In this document: piece by piece, positions 37,765-47,275 of the stretch
How positions within the stretch are numbered: the stretch's first letter is position 1
Layout of the letters: the number at the start of each line of letters is the position of its first letter
NCBI GenBank assembly: GCA_965242525.1
Contig: OZ251459.1
Coordinates: 3,296,001-3,360,000, forward strand
DNA: 64,000 nt
Reading direction: 5' to 3'
From: an uncultured Candidatus Binatia bacterium
GTDB lineage: Bacteria; Desulfobacterota; Binatia; UBA9968; JAJDTQ01
Program-made: the position numbers and the translations under genes
Notes under the pieces: generated by a model
What the model saw: only the letters and a program-made list of their open reading frames with translations
Told to the model about the DNA's origin: nothing
Databases searched by the model: none

Positions 37765-38634
37765 CTAGCTTTGCACAACCTTGTCGAAGAACTCCTGGGC
37801 AACTTCGAGCAGTTGGTCTGCATACGCCTGGTCAGGCGACTTGTCGGAGAACGTAATCGGTCCTCGCCAGGACGCCTCTGCCATCTTGACGCTTTCCGAT
37901 ACGAAGTTGTCGAAAGCGACATCCGGGTATGCGCGACGGACCTGCCTTATCCAGTTTTCTTGTGCGATAGTTCCACTGGTTTGGTATTTTATTCTGTTGA
38001 ATATGATGCCACGCCTTGCCGGACCCGGAATCGAGCCGGCCCCGAACCTGATCAGGTTTTTGTTGATTTGAGTCATCATTTTCCCTATGTGCGACTCGAT
38101 CAAGCCTATACCCCTTACCGAGAAGTATTCGGGTAGGCAGACTACTACATAGGAATCGCTAAGCATCAGTGCGTTCTGCGTCACAAGGTTCAGGTTCGGT
38201 GGGCAGTCGATTATCACGAAATCGTACTCTCCCGATTCTATAACCGGGCCGAGTCTGTCCTTGATTATCATCTTGGCCTCGGATGACTGCGCTCCCCATT
38301 TCGTAGCCAGCTCGAGATCGATGGAAAGGAGGTCGAGATGAGAAGGCAGCAGATCCAAGCAGTCGTACAGATCTTTCATTATGGTGGCGGAGACGTCGTA
38401 TTCGCCCTCATTGATTGCGGCTTCGAGCACTTCTTTCAGCGACCCATGCCGCGTCGCCCAATCTTCCCACGCTCCTTCGGTTACGAGGTAGAAGGATGCG
38501 TTCGTCTGAGGATCCAGGTCAACTATCAAAACCTTGAAGTTGAACTTCCTGGCAAGAGTAGCGGCTGTCTCGACCGCTATGGTCGTCTTGCCCACTCCGC
38601 CTTTGTAGTTGATGAAACTGACCACCTGCGCCAT
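37765..38634 (-). CDS. ParA/Soj-family ATPase
   Basis: INYKGGVGKTT, DLDPQTN, IIDCPPNL; RBS AGGAG. Confidence 0.92.
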   Translation of the reverse strand: MAQVVSFINYKGGVGKTTIAVETAATLARKFNFKVLIVDLDPQTNASFYLVTEGAWEDWATRHGSLKEVLEAAINEGEYDVSATIMKDLYDCLDLLPSHLDLLSIDLELATKWGAQSSEAKMIIKDRLGPVIESGEYDFVIIDCPPNLNLVTQNALMLSDSYVVVCLPEYFSVRGIGLIESHIGKMMTQINKNLIRFGAGSIPGPARRGIIFNRIKYQTSGTIAQENWIRQVRRAYPDVAFDNFVSESVKMAEASWRGPITFSDKSPDQAYADQLLEVAQEFFDKVVQS

Positions 38635-38714
38635 GTCGTTCTCCTGGAACCGTTTTGCCTCGGCTGACATGATTGTATCATGGAGAAATCTCAACGCAAG
38701 TTTGGAACAGGTAT

Positions 38715-38875
38715 GGCCGTGTGGAGGTCCCGGCTCCAAGCGCCGCTGCCCAAGGCCAGGAACTCGTCGCGGTTCCTCCCATCGTCGCGGCCAAGGTCGC
38801 CCTTGCCGCTCGCCTGGGGCTGAGCGAGGGCACTGTCCGCAAGCTGCTGAACCCCGGCCACCACTCCCACGTCAG
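38715..38875 (+). pseudogene. C-terminal remnant of a HicB-type antitoxin (HTH)
   Basis: VPAPS...VAVPPIVAAKVAL..AARLGLSEGTVRKLLNPGHHS. Confidence 0.6.
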
Positions 38876-40086
38876 CGCCCCATCTCACGCGCCTGCCGTC
38901 TGAGGAACCGTCCCAACAGGGGCACGGCGAAGGAATACTTGCCGTGTCGGTTCTTGTACACCAACCCCTGGGACGCCAAGGCGGCGAGCATCTGGCTGAC
39001 GTGGCTGCTGCTGAACGGTTTGTCCGGGGATCGCCTGGATTCCTCCACCACTTCCCGGACGGTGAACTCGTCGTCGCAGTTCCCGAGCTGCGAGACCACC
39101 AATAGCAAGTCCCTCTGCCTGTCCGTTGCCCGCGCCCATCGCCCGGCAAAGAAGTCCGTGTCCAGTTTCCGTTCGACCTCCGCGACGGGAACCGAGGCCC
39201 GTTCCCCCTTGTCGATCCGTTGGATGAAGGCGTCATATACCTCGCGGCAGATGAACTGGATGAAGTACGGATAGCCGCCGGACATCCTGATGATGGCGTC
39301 AACGGAACCGTCACCGAGACGCACCGGACATTCGTCGTCTTCTACCGGTCTCCGAATGGCCTCCTCGCTTTCCCTCTCGTTCAGGCTCTCCAGGAACACC
39401 ACCCTGAACATCCTCTCCGAATAGGTCCGCGTTTCCACCAGCTTGGGGAACAGCGTCGGGAGGCCGGCCAGGACGAGCATCAAAGGCAGGCCCTTCCTTT
39501 GCAGGGACTGGAAACAGTCCAGCAGGAGGGACAAGGGGTACTGCTCCCTGGCCGACTGGTCCGCGAGGTTCTGCGCCTCGTCATAGGCGAAGACGACCCC
39601 GCGCACGGGCTTCGCTTTCGACAGCGCCCTCCACGCAATTTCCAGCACACCCTTGAGCTTGTCGAGGGACAGACCGGAGATGCGGGTGTAGGCATCCACG
39701 AGGGCCTGGTAGTCGAGGACGTGGGAAACCAGCTCCGTGTCGGCTGCGAACCCGACGTTACGGACAGCCTCGGTTCCCAGGACGACGTCCGAGGTGACCG
39801 GCGACAGGTCCGTGCAGAGCCGAACCGCCACGTTGTCCTCGCTCAGGCTCGTGGACTCGGAAAGGTCGGTCCCCACCCACACCCACCCTTGCCGGACGGC
39901 CAGAGGCTTGAACGAGTCGAGGAGAACCGTCTTTCCGACTCCTCGAAGCCCGGTGAGGACCAGGTTGTCGAGGACCGTATCCTGCCGGAGCAGCCGAAGG
40001 AACTCTTCACGCTCCGCCTGCCTCCCGGCAAGGTAGGGCGGCTTGTGGCCCGCGCCTGGCCGAAACGGATTGGAAAACTCCGCCAT
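38872..40086 (-). CDS. P-loop ATPase (AAA_16/archaeal-ATPase-like) with C-terminal winged helix
   Basis: NPFRPGAG..PPYLAGR, GLRGVGKT, DEAQ, TYSERMF, GYPYFIQ, L.SQGLVY..RHGKYSFAVPL. Confidence 0.88.
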   Translation of the reverse strand: MAEFSNPFRPGAGHKPPYLAGRQAEREEFLRLLRQDTVLDNLVLTGLRGVGKTVLLDSFKPLAVRQGWVWVGTDLSESTSLSEDNVAVRLCTDLSPVTSDVVLGTEAVRNVGFAADTELVSHVLDYQALVDAYTRISGLSLDKLKGVLEIAWRALSKAKPVRGVVFAYDEAQNLADQSAREQYPLSLLLDCFQSLQRKGLPLMLVLAGLPTLFPKLVETRTYSERMFRVVFLESLNERESEEAIRRPVEDDECPVRLGDGSVDAIIRMSGGYPYFIQFICREVYDAFIQRIDKGERASVPVAEVERKLDTDFFAGRWARATDRQRDLLLVVSQLGNCDDEFTVREVVEESRRSPDKPFSSSHVSQMLAALASQGLVYKNRHGKYSFAVPLLGRFLRRQAREMGR

Positions 40087-40149
40087 GTCGATGTTTATCC
40101 CCGTAAAGCGTTTTGACTAACTTTAGCCCTAAGACTAAATTCAGTCAAT

Positions 40150-40310
40150 ACGAGACTGGCTCCCGAGGAGGATGGCGGCCGTTTCTCCGTCTCGTCCACA
40201 GACGTGCCTGAATCCGTCACCTGCGACGAGGGCCGTGTGAAGGCGCTGACCATGGCCGAGGATGCGCTGGCGTCCGCCTCGCTGGTCTCCCTCGCGGCGA
40301 GGAAGGGGAG
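40150..40310 (+). pseudogene. N-terminal remnant of a HicB-type antitoxin
   Basis: Frame reads RLAPEEDGGRFSVSSTDVPESVTCDEGRVKALTMAEDAL, matching the HicB N-terminal pattern. Confidence 0.55.
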
Positions 40311-40316
40311 GGTTGG

Positions 40317-40853
40317 CTAACACGACCGACGGACGACCGCCCTCATCACTGCAAGGGCCATACGGCAGTCCGCCTGCGCCCGGTGCGCCGGTCCTGCACG
40401 ATACACACCTTCGCGTACCGCAACGTCAACGAGCCTGTGGCTGCCGTGGGGCCGCGCCCGTTTGTCTTCTGCGCACAGGTCGCGCCATGCGATGGCGCTC
40501 CATCCCAGGCCGTGCCGGTTCGCCGTCTGCCGCAGCATCCGCTGGTCGAAAGGGGCGTTCCACGCCAGCACCGCGCAGGCGCCCGCCAACAAGGCGTTCA
40601 GCTCCCCGTGGACCTCCGGCCATGCCGGAGCGCCCGTTTCTTCCAGCAGGGACCGGGTGATTCCGTGGACCGCCGACACGTCGGGCGGAATGGGACCCAC
40701 CGGCGTCGCCAGGGACTCGAAGCGCAGGTCCCCGGCCGTATCCACCACCGCAACCTCGACCACCTCGGCGCGGTCATCCAGGCCCGTGGTCTCGGTATCG
40801 AGGATGAGCACGTCGTCACGGTCGAGCAGACCGAGCCAATGCCGCGGCTGCAT
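40317..40853 (-). CDS. DEDDh 3'-5' exonuclease (DnaQ-like)
   Basis: LDTETTGL, VHGI, WNAPFD, AHRAQADC. Confidence 0.9.
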   Translation of the reverse strand: MQPRHWLGLLDRDDVLILDTETTGLDDRAEVVEVAVVDTAGDLRFESLATPVGPIPPDVSAVHGITRSLLEETGAPAWPEVHGELNALLAGACAVLAWNAPFDQRMLRQTANRHGLGWSAIAWRDLCAEDKRARPHGSHRLVDVAVREGVYRAGPAHRAQADCRMALAVMRAVVRRSC

Positions 40854-40866
40854 CGAGCGCGACGGT

Positions 40867-41280
40867 CTATGGGCGTCTTGCGCCGAACGTGCCCACGATG
40901 TTGGAATGCTCGAACACCCCCGCCACTTCGGCCAGTTCGAGATCCCGTAAACGGACTGTCAGGGATGCCCCGGATTGCGTCTCCCGAAAAGTGCACGCGG
41001 TCGCCTGGCAGGCGGACCGGACCGTGAGCGTAGGCAACTGCGGATGGGTGGTTTCTCCATACATGTTCGAGACGACCAACGAATCGGCGCGCCCCAGGAT
41101 ACCGGCCATACGAGCGGCTTGATCTGTCCTGCTTTTGGCAGGCGGAAACGATCCCGTCAAGCTTCGTACACGATTCACGTCTGGCAGAGAGTTGGTTGCG
41201 GAGGTTCCGCCACCGCCGCCGCTACACGCCGCAACCGCCATCAAGGCCCATGCCGTCAGAAAAGTTCGCAAGATCATCAT
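40867..41280 (-). pseudogene. Short, probably internally deleted surface lipoprotein
   Basis: Lipobox VAAC + SGGGGG, ends with IVGTFGAR like the 3616 lipoprotein but only 137 aa long. Confidence 0.5.
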
Positions 41281-41324
41281 GGACTCCCTGGTTGTGAGAA
41301 AGGTCGTAACGATACAACAAAAGG

Positions 41325-41586
41325 GGATCTTCCGGCTTTCGTGTGGGTAAGGTAGGATGGAAAGGGGAGGGAAAGGGACCACGCCGTCATTACTCCGCAG
41401 ACGCCCACTCTCGTCATTCCCGCGAAAGCATGTCCTCGCGGAAGCGGGGGCGGGAATCCAGACCCTGCGAGCAAACCCCATAGGTGCCCTGTATGGATTC
41501 CCGCTTTCGCGGGAATGACGAAGCGAGGCTTTCGCGGGGATGACGGGATGGGGAGTATCGCAACCCACACGAATTCCCGAAGCGCC
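41325..41586. mobile_element. Non-autonomous family-2 element (no nuclease) with 8-bp target duplication
   Basis: Ends GGATCTTCCGGCTTTCGTGTGGG / CCCACACGAATTCCCGAAGCGCC, inverted CGTC palindromes inside; ACAAAAGG at 41317-41324 and 41587-41594. Confidence 0.8.
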
Positions 41587-41681
41587 ACAAAAGGCCGGTG
41601 ATTTCCGCCCCGGAGGTCCTGCGCGGACATGCACCACGGCTCGCAGCCTCGTACAGGCTGCACCAGGAGACGTCAACCCTA

Positions 41682-41948
41682 TCCACGGCTCCGAAGGCAT
41701 GGCCCTCGCCGGCAACCCCGTAGCCACGACCGTCACCCGCGCGGACCGGTCGGGGTTCGCCGCGGACCCCCTCGACGCCTCCTTCACCGCCCGTTACGCC
41801 GCGGCCTACCGGCAGGAAATCCTGACCTTCTGCGCGGTGGTCCGGGGCGGCAGCCCGGCGTACCCGGACGGCGCGGACGGCCTCGCGGCCCTCGCCATCG
41901 CCGACGCCGCCTCGGAATCCCTGGTCACCGGTCGTGCGGTTCGGGTCG
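41682..41948 (+). pseudogene. Duplicated 3' fragment of iolG (right copy of the direct repeat)
   Basis: Encodes HGSEGMALAGNP...GRAV with no 5' part of the gene. Confidence 0.9.
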
Positions 41949-42109
41949 AGGACGTGAGCGGTGCTTCGTGACAGGTGCGCTCGCGGTGTGGTTGGGGAAT
42001 GCACGCGGCCTGCGTCGCCCTGAGCAAAGTGTCGTCCTTGTTGTGCGCCGGGGAAACATGTACCTTTGGTAGTGTAGGAATGACATGGTCAAACAGGGTT
42101 GCAGGTCTC

Positions 42110-42265
42110 CTCATATGCCTGTCCTGATCGAGAGTCGTCGCCTTGACGAAACGGGTCCACGAAGAGGAAACCGGGGCGTCCTGCCCTCCGGGCATCCACA
42201 CCGCGGCGCTTCGGGCGCTCTTCGACAACCTGGAGGACCCGCGGTCCCCGTTGACGCTGGACCCG
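42110..42265 (+). pseudogene. Possible C-terminal remnant of a type I restriction HsdR
   Basis: VVALTKRVH...SCPPGIHTAALRALFDNL resembles the HsdR C-terminal 'YP.SI.T.A.RALYDNL' segment (recalled). Confidence 0.35.
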
Positions 42266-42353
42266 CCAGCGTCCTATGACCACACGCTTTTACCACAAGC
42301 TTTTCAGGACATGCCGCACGCGGCATGACACGGGCCAGGAAAGGAGGCTCCGG

Positions 42354-43367
42354 ATGCGGAGGGAAGACGAATCGGCTGCGACCGAACCGCGGTCGCGGCC
42401 CTACGCCATGCAGCGTGCGCGAACGGCGTCCGCGCCGGGGCCGACCCATGCCCCGGACGCCTCGACGCCGGACCTTCCCGGTTGCCGGCCGGTGCCCCTT
42501 CCGCAGCGCGACCTCGATGAGTGGGAGGGGCGGCTCGAATACTGGGACGGCGACACCGAGACCGCCTGGGTGGTATGCGAACCCGTGGGCGTTGCCCATG
42601 AACATCCGCTGGGGCGCCTCGCAACGTTGTGTACGCTCATCGCGGAGGCGCGCGGGGCCGCCATCGAGTTCCTGGGCTCGACGGACCTGGAACTGCAGGA
42701 CGAGCACGGGGAACGGCAGAAGATCATGCAAGCCGACCAGTGCGTGTACCTGTATCCCGGGCGGGCGCGGCTGCCGGAAGACGGAGGGATGGTGGTGGGG
42801 AAGCACGACTATCCGGACGTGGTGTTGGAGGTGGACCACACGACGGACGTGCGGCGCTGGAAGCTGGGGATGTACGAGTCCTGGGGTTTCCCGGAGGTGT
42901 GGGTGGAGGTGCCGGAACGACGGTCCCCGAGCCGACCACGAGGTCTGCGGCCGGGGTTGACGATCCATCTACTGGAGGAGGGCCGGTATCGGGAATCGGA
43001 CGAGAGCCGAGCGTTTCCGGGCTGGAAGGCGTCGGCGATCCACGAAGCGCTGGTTGAGGCGGAGCCCACGGCCCGGACGCACGCCAAGCTGGAGCGTGTG
43101 GGTCGGACGCTGGGGAAGCGGGACGGCACCGGCCCGGACGACTATCCGCTGATCCGTTCCCTGCGGGCCGAGAGCCGGGCGGAAGGCGAAGCGAAGGGCT
43201 GGGCGAAGGCGGTGCGCGGGACGCTGCTGTCGCGCGGCATCGCGGTTTCGGAGGAGTTTCCGGCGAACGTGCCCGGGTTCGCGGAGTCCCGGGAGGACGT
43301 CGTCATCGCCGCGGCCTTCGCCTGCGGCAGCGAGGAAGATTTCCGCGTGCGCATCCGGGGCGGCTGA
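42354..43367 (+). CDS. Uma2-family (DUF820) putative endonuclease
   Basis: RLEYWD, QADQCVY, PDVVLEVD, KLGMYESWGFPEVW; RBS AAGGAGG. Confidence 0.85.
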   Translation: MRREDESAATEPRSRPYAMQRARTASAPGPTHAPDASTPDLPGCRPVPLPQRDLDEWEGRLEYWDGDTETAWVVCEPVGVAHEHPLGRLATLCTLIAEARGAAIEFLGSTDLELQDEHGERQKIMQADQCVYLYPGRARLPEDGGMVVGKHDYPDVVLEVDHTTDVRRWKLGMYESWGFPEVWVEVPERRSPSRPRGLRPGLTIHLLEEGRYRESDESRAFPGWKASAIHEALVEAEPTARTHAKLERVGRTLGKRDGTGPDDYPLIRSLRAESRAEGEAKGWAKAVRGTLLSRGIAVSEEFPANVPGFAESREDVVIAAAFACGSEEDFRVRIRGG

Positions 43368-43449
43368 CCGGCTCCCGCGCATTTCCCGGCAGGAGGGGAG
43401 GGCCGGACGAGCCGGAATCGAGCAGAGGTTCCCAAAGGAGGTTCCCATC

Positions 43450-44208
43450 ATGCGTTTGACTGACAAGGTGGCGATCGTCACGGGCGGCGGCGTCGGCATC
43501 GGCCGCGCCTACTCCAAGGGGCTCGCCAGGGAAGGCGCCAAGGTCGCGGTGGCCGACATCCAGGTGGAGGCGGCCTCACAGGTGGCGGAAGAGATCAGGA
43601 AGGACGGCGGAGAGGCCATGCCCGTTGCGGTGGACGTGACTTCGCCGGAAAAGACCCGCGAGATGGCGGAAACCGTGTTGCAGGCCTACGGGCGCATCGA
43701 CGTCCTGGTCAACAACGCGGGCCTCTACACCGCGCTCACCAAGAGGTCTTTCATGGAGATCCCCGAAGACGAGTGGGACCGGGTCATGGCGGTGAACGTG
43801 AAGGGCCTGTTCCTGTGCGTCAAGGCTGTGTACCCGGCCATGAAGGCGCAGCAGAAGGGCAAGATCGTCAACATCTCCTCGGGCACCATCCTGGGCGGGA
43901 CGCCGCTGTTCCTGCACTACGTCTCGTCCAAGGCCGGCGTGCTGGGTTTCACCCGGGCGCTGGCCCGGGAGGTGGGCGCCGACAACATCTGCGTGAACGC
44001 CATCACGCCCGGGCTGACCATTTCCAGCGAAGCCCAGCAGGGGGTCATGACCCCGGAGCAGCGGGAGAACCGGCGGCGCAGCCGGGCATTCCAGCGGGAC
44101 CAGTTCCCGGACGACCTGGTGGGCACGGTGGTCTTCCTGTCGTCCGACGACAGCGACTTCGTCACGGGTCAGGCCATCAACGTCGATGGCGGCCAGTACA
44201 TGCACTGA
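43450..44208 (+). CDS. SDR-family oxidoreductase
   Basis: TGGGVGIG, NNAG, YxxxK (YVSSK), VNAITPG, VTGQ.INVDGG. Confidence 0.93.
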   Translation: MRLTDKVAIVTGGGVGIGRAYSKGLAREGAKVAVADIQVEAASQVAEEIRKDGGEAMPVAVDVTSPEKTREMAETVLQAYGRIDVLVNNAGLYTALTKRSFMEIPEDEWDRVMAVNVKGLFLCVKAVYPAMKAQQKGKIVNISSGTILGGTPLFLHYVSSKAGVLGFTRALAREVGADNICVNAITPGLTISSEAQQGVMTPEQRENRRRSRAFQRDQFPDDLVGTVVFLSSDDSDFVTGQAINVDGGQYMH

Positions 44209-44244
44209 TCCGGCCCTCTCCCGGAGGCCCGCAGGGAACCGCGC

Positions 44245-45546
44245 ATGACGGGTCTGGAGCTGGCGGACTACCGGGTGCGCGAGATCCGGTTCGGCCGCGA
44301 GACGCGCTACCGCTCCGGCGTGCTGGAGGTGGACGCCGAGGGCCTCGCCGCCCTGGTCCGGGAGGATCCGCGGGTGCGCTCCGCAGGGTTCGCCGCGGTG
44401 CATCCCGGCGAGAAGGCGCGGGTCACCGGCATCCGCGACGTGGTGGAGCCGCGGCTCAAGACCGCGGGGATCGGGCAGGTGTTCCCCGGGGTCCTGGGGC
44501 CGGTGGCGCCGGTGGGCGAGGGACGGACCCACCGGCTTTCGGGCATGGCCCTGGTCACCGCCGCGGCATACGAAGGCGCGGTTCGCACCGGCACCACGGC
44601 CCAACGCAGCGCCCTGCTCGACATGTGGGGGCCGGGCGCCGAGATGACCCACTTCAGTTCGCTGGCGAACCTGGTGATGACCCTGGACCTGGCCGAGGGC
44701 CTGTCCGCATACGAGGCCCATCAGGCCATGCAGCGCGCGGAGTTCGGCGCGGCCAAGGCCCTCGCCGAAGCCACGTCGGGCCTGGAGCCGGACCGGGTGG
44801 AGGTCCATGACCCGGACGCCGCTGCGCCCCGCCTCCCCCGGGCGGTGCTCATGGTCGGCTGTCTCACGGAAGCCCGGCACGTCCCCTCCAACCTCGCCTA
44901 CTACGGCCTGCCGGTCCAGGAGTCGCTTTCCACCGTGGTCCACCCCAACGAACTGGCGGACGGAGCGGTCACCGCCAACACCATCCGCACCGTGAGCTAC
45001 CACCCGGTGACCTGGGACTGGCAGAACCACCCTCTGGCCCTCGCCCTCATGCGGGAGCGCCGGTTCCGGTTCGCCGGCGTGATCCTCCAGCGCATCGGTT
45101 TCGAGAGCTCCGGGGAAAAGGAGGTCGCGGCCTGCAACGCCGCCCGCCTGGCCGCCTCGTTGGGTGCCGACGCGGCCGTGGTCACCCGCACCGGCTCGGG
45201 CAACGCCTTCATCGAAGTCATGCTGACGGTGCGCGCCTGCGAGGAGATGGGGATCAAGACCGTCCTCGTCACCTACGAATACGGCGGCAAGGACGGCATC
45301 GACGCGCCGCTGCTCTTCTACGACCCGGCCGCGGACGCAGCGGTCAGCACCGGCAACCGGGACACGGCGGTGGAGCTGCCCGCGGCCGAGCGGGTGGTGG
45401 GGGCCTACGACACGCTCCAGACCATCAACTACCCCGGCGCCCCCTTCGTGGCCGCGCAAGAGCCCCTGATGCTGGAGGCCCGGGACGTCATCGTGGGCGG
45501 CATCGACATCTGGGGCGGACGCGACCGGATCTGCCGCCCGTACTGA
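44245..45546 (+). CDS. Glycine/sarcosine/betaine reductase component B proprotein-like (GrdE family)
   Basis: LEL...V.EIRFG..T....GVL.VD, PGE.ARV....DVVEPR, FPG, G.THRL.G, PT-like/HPNE..DGA, GADAAV, GIKTVL.T.E. Confidence 0.8.
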   Translation: MTGLELADYRVREIRFGRETRYRSGVLEVDAEGLAALVREDPRVRSAGFAAVHPGEKARVTGIRDVVEPRLKTAGIGQVFPGVLGPVAPVGEGRTHRLSGMALVTAAAYEGAVRTGTTAQRSALLDMWGPGAEMTHFSSLANLVMTLDLAEGLSAYEAHQAMQRAEFGAAKALAEATSGLEPDRVEVHDPDAAAPRLPRAVLMVGCLTEARHVPSNLAYYGLPVQESLSTVVHPNELADGAVTANTIRTVSYHPVTWDWQNHPLALALMRERRFRFAGVILQRIGFESSGEKEVAACNAARLAASLGADAAVVTRTGSGNAFIEVMLTVRACEEMGIKTVLVTYEYGGKDGIDAPLLFYDPAADAAVSTGNRDTAVELPAAERVVGAYDTLQTINYPGAPFVAAQEPLMLEARDVIVGGIDIWGGRDRICRPY

Positions 45547-45584
45547 CGGACCCCCCTCCTTGCCCGCGGCCTTCGCCTTCCCAG

Positions 45585-45715
45585 GGGACCTCCGAACGAT
45601 CGAGACGTCCGGGATGGATTCCCCCACCCTGACCCTCCTGTCCCCGTTCGTCCTGAGCGTAGCGGAGCGAAGCCGAAGGACGCGCTCATGCTCCCCCCGA
45701 TTGTTCAGGGTTTCC
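45585..45715. mobile_element. Family-1 MITE
   Basis: GGGACCTCCGAACGATCG...CGATTGTTCAGGGTTTCC with REP core. Confidence 0.8.
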
Positions 45716-45817
45716 CCAAAGCCTCCATCTTGACGGCCGCCGAGGTCCGGGAGTAACGTGGAGCCACTTCGGACCACGACGCGCAGGGGACGCGCATTGC
45801 CGGGAGGAGCCGTGACC

Positions 45818-47257
45818 ATGGACCATCGAGCCGCAGACATACGCGCCGGGCTGGAGCACCCCGTCATCGACGGCGACGGCCACTGGATCGAGCCGGTCCC
45901 CGTCTTCCTGGAGTACCTGGACGAGGCGGGCGGCCCCGGCGCGGTGGATGCGATCCGGGCGCTGTGGCGCCGGAACCAGGCGTGGTACCGGGCCACCCGG
46001 GAGGAACGCCAACACCGCCGCCTGCGCCGCACCATCTGGTGGGGGGTCACCAGCGATACCCTCGACAAGGCCACGGGCCTCCTGCCAGCCCTGCTCGACG
46101 AACGTTTGCCCGAGTTGGGCATCGACTTCGCGCTGATCTACCCGAGCTTCGGACTTAGCGTCAACGGCATCCTCGACGACGGCCTGCACCGGGCCGGGGT
46201 CCGCGCCTACAACATGATGACCGCGGACATGTTCGGACCGTATGCCGAAAGGTTCGCGCCGGTGGCCATCATCCCCGCCCATACGCCGGACGACGCCCTG
46301 GAAGAACTCGACTACGCGGTGGCGCAACGCGGCTTCAAGGCGGTCATGCTGCGGGGGAACCAGGAGCGGCGCATACCCAGCGCCCTGGAGGGCGCCGACC
46401 CGCAGAAGGCCGCCTGGTACTGCGACAACATCGCCCTCGACAGCCCCTACGACTACGATCCCCTATGGCGGCGGTGCGTGGAGCTCGGCGTGGCCGTGAC
46501 CCAGCACTCGGGCAGCGGCCGCTGGCACGACCGGGCGTCCATCAGCAACTTCACCTACAACCACGTGGGCCACTTCGCCGAATCCAACCACGCGTTCGCC
46601 CGCGGCGTTTTCCTGGGCGGCCTCGTGCGGCGTTACCCGACGCTCAACTTCGGTTTCATGGAAGGCGGCGTGAGCTGGGCCTGCCAGATGTGCGTGGACC
46701 TGGTCGAACACTGGGAGAAGCGCCGCCGGGCGGGGCTACAGTACCCGGGCGCGACCCGTGTCCCGGAGTTGCGCCGCCTCATCGAACGGTACGGCGACGA
46801 AAGGCTGAAGGCCAACGCCGACGCCATCATGGACAACCTGGACGCGTTCCGCCCGGAATGCAGTCTCGAAGAGCTCGCGCGGCCCGAGCACGTGGTGGAC
46901 GATTTCGAGGCCGCGGGGGTCGAGTCAGCGGACGACGTCCGGGCAGTCTTCTCGCACAACTTCTACTTCGGTTGCGAGGCCGACGACCGGGCCGCCATGT
47001 GGGCCTTCGACCCGCGCATGGGAGTCCGGCTCCGACCGGTCTTCAGCTCCGACTTCACCCATTTCGACGTGCCCGACTTCCGGGACGTGCTCCCCGAAGC
47101 CTTCGAGATGGTGGAGAAGGGCTTCGTGACCGAGCAGGACTTCCGGGAGTTCACGTTCACCAACGCCGCCCGCCTCCACACCCGCAACAACCCGGCCTTC
47201 TTCGAGGGCACCGCGGTGGAGCAAGCCGTCGCCGAGGAGCTGGGGCTGGAAGGGTGA
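45818..47257 (+). CDS. Amidohydrolase family protein
   Basis: VIDGDGH, YDPLWRRC.ELG, FMEGG, GCEADD, SSDFTHFD. Confidence 0.88.
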   Translation: MDHRAADIRAGLEHPVIDGDGHWIEPVPVFLEYLDEAGGPGAVDAIRALWRRNQAWYRATREERQHRRLRRTIWWGVTSDTLDKATGLLPALLDERLPELGIDFALIYPSFGLSVNGILDDGLHRAGVRAYNMMTADMFGPYAERFAPVAIIPAHTPDDALEELDYAVAQRGFKAVMLRGNQERRIPSALEGADPQKAAWYCDNIALDSPYDYDPLWRRCVELGVAVTQHSGSGRWHDRASISNFTYNHVGHFAESNHAFARGVFLGGLVRRYPTLNFGFMEGGVSWACQMCVDLVEHWEKRRRAGLQYPGATRVPELRRLIERYGDERLKANADAIMDNLDAFRPECSLEELARPEHVVDDFEAAGVESADDVRAVFSHNFYFGCEADDRAAMWAFDPRMGVRLRPVFSSDFTHFDVPDFRDVLPEAFEMVEKGFVTEQDFREFTFTNAARLHTRNNPAFFEGTAVEQAVAEELGLEG

Positions 47258-47275
47258 GAGAGTGGACAGGCAGGT

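Noticed and set aside
37765-38634. Chromosomal or plasmid parABS locus
   Set aside because: No ParB, parS or replication gene nearby.
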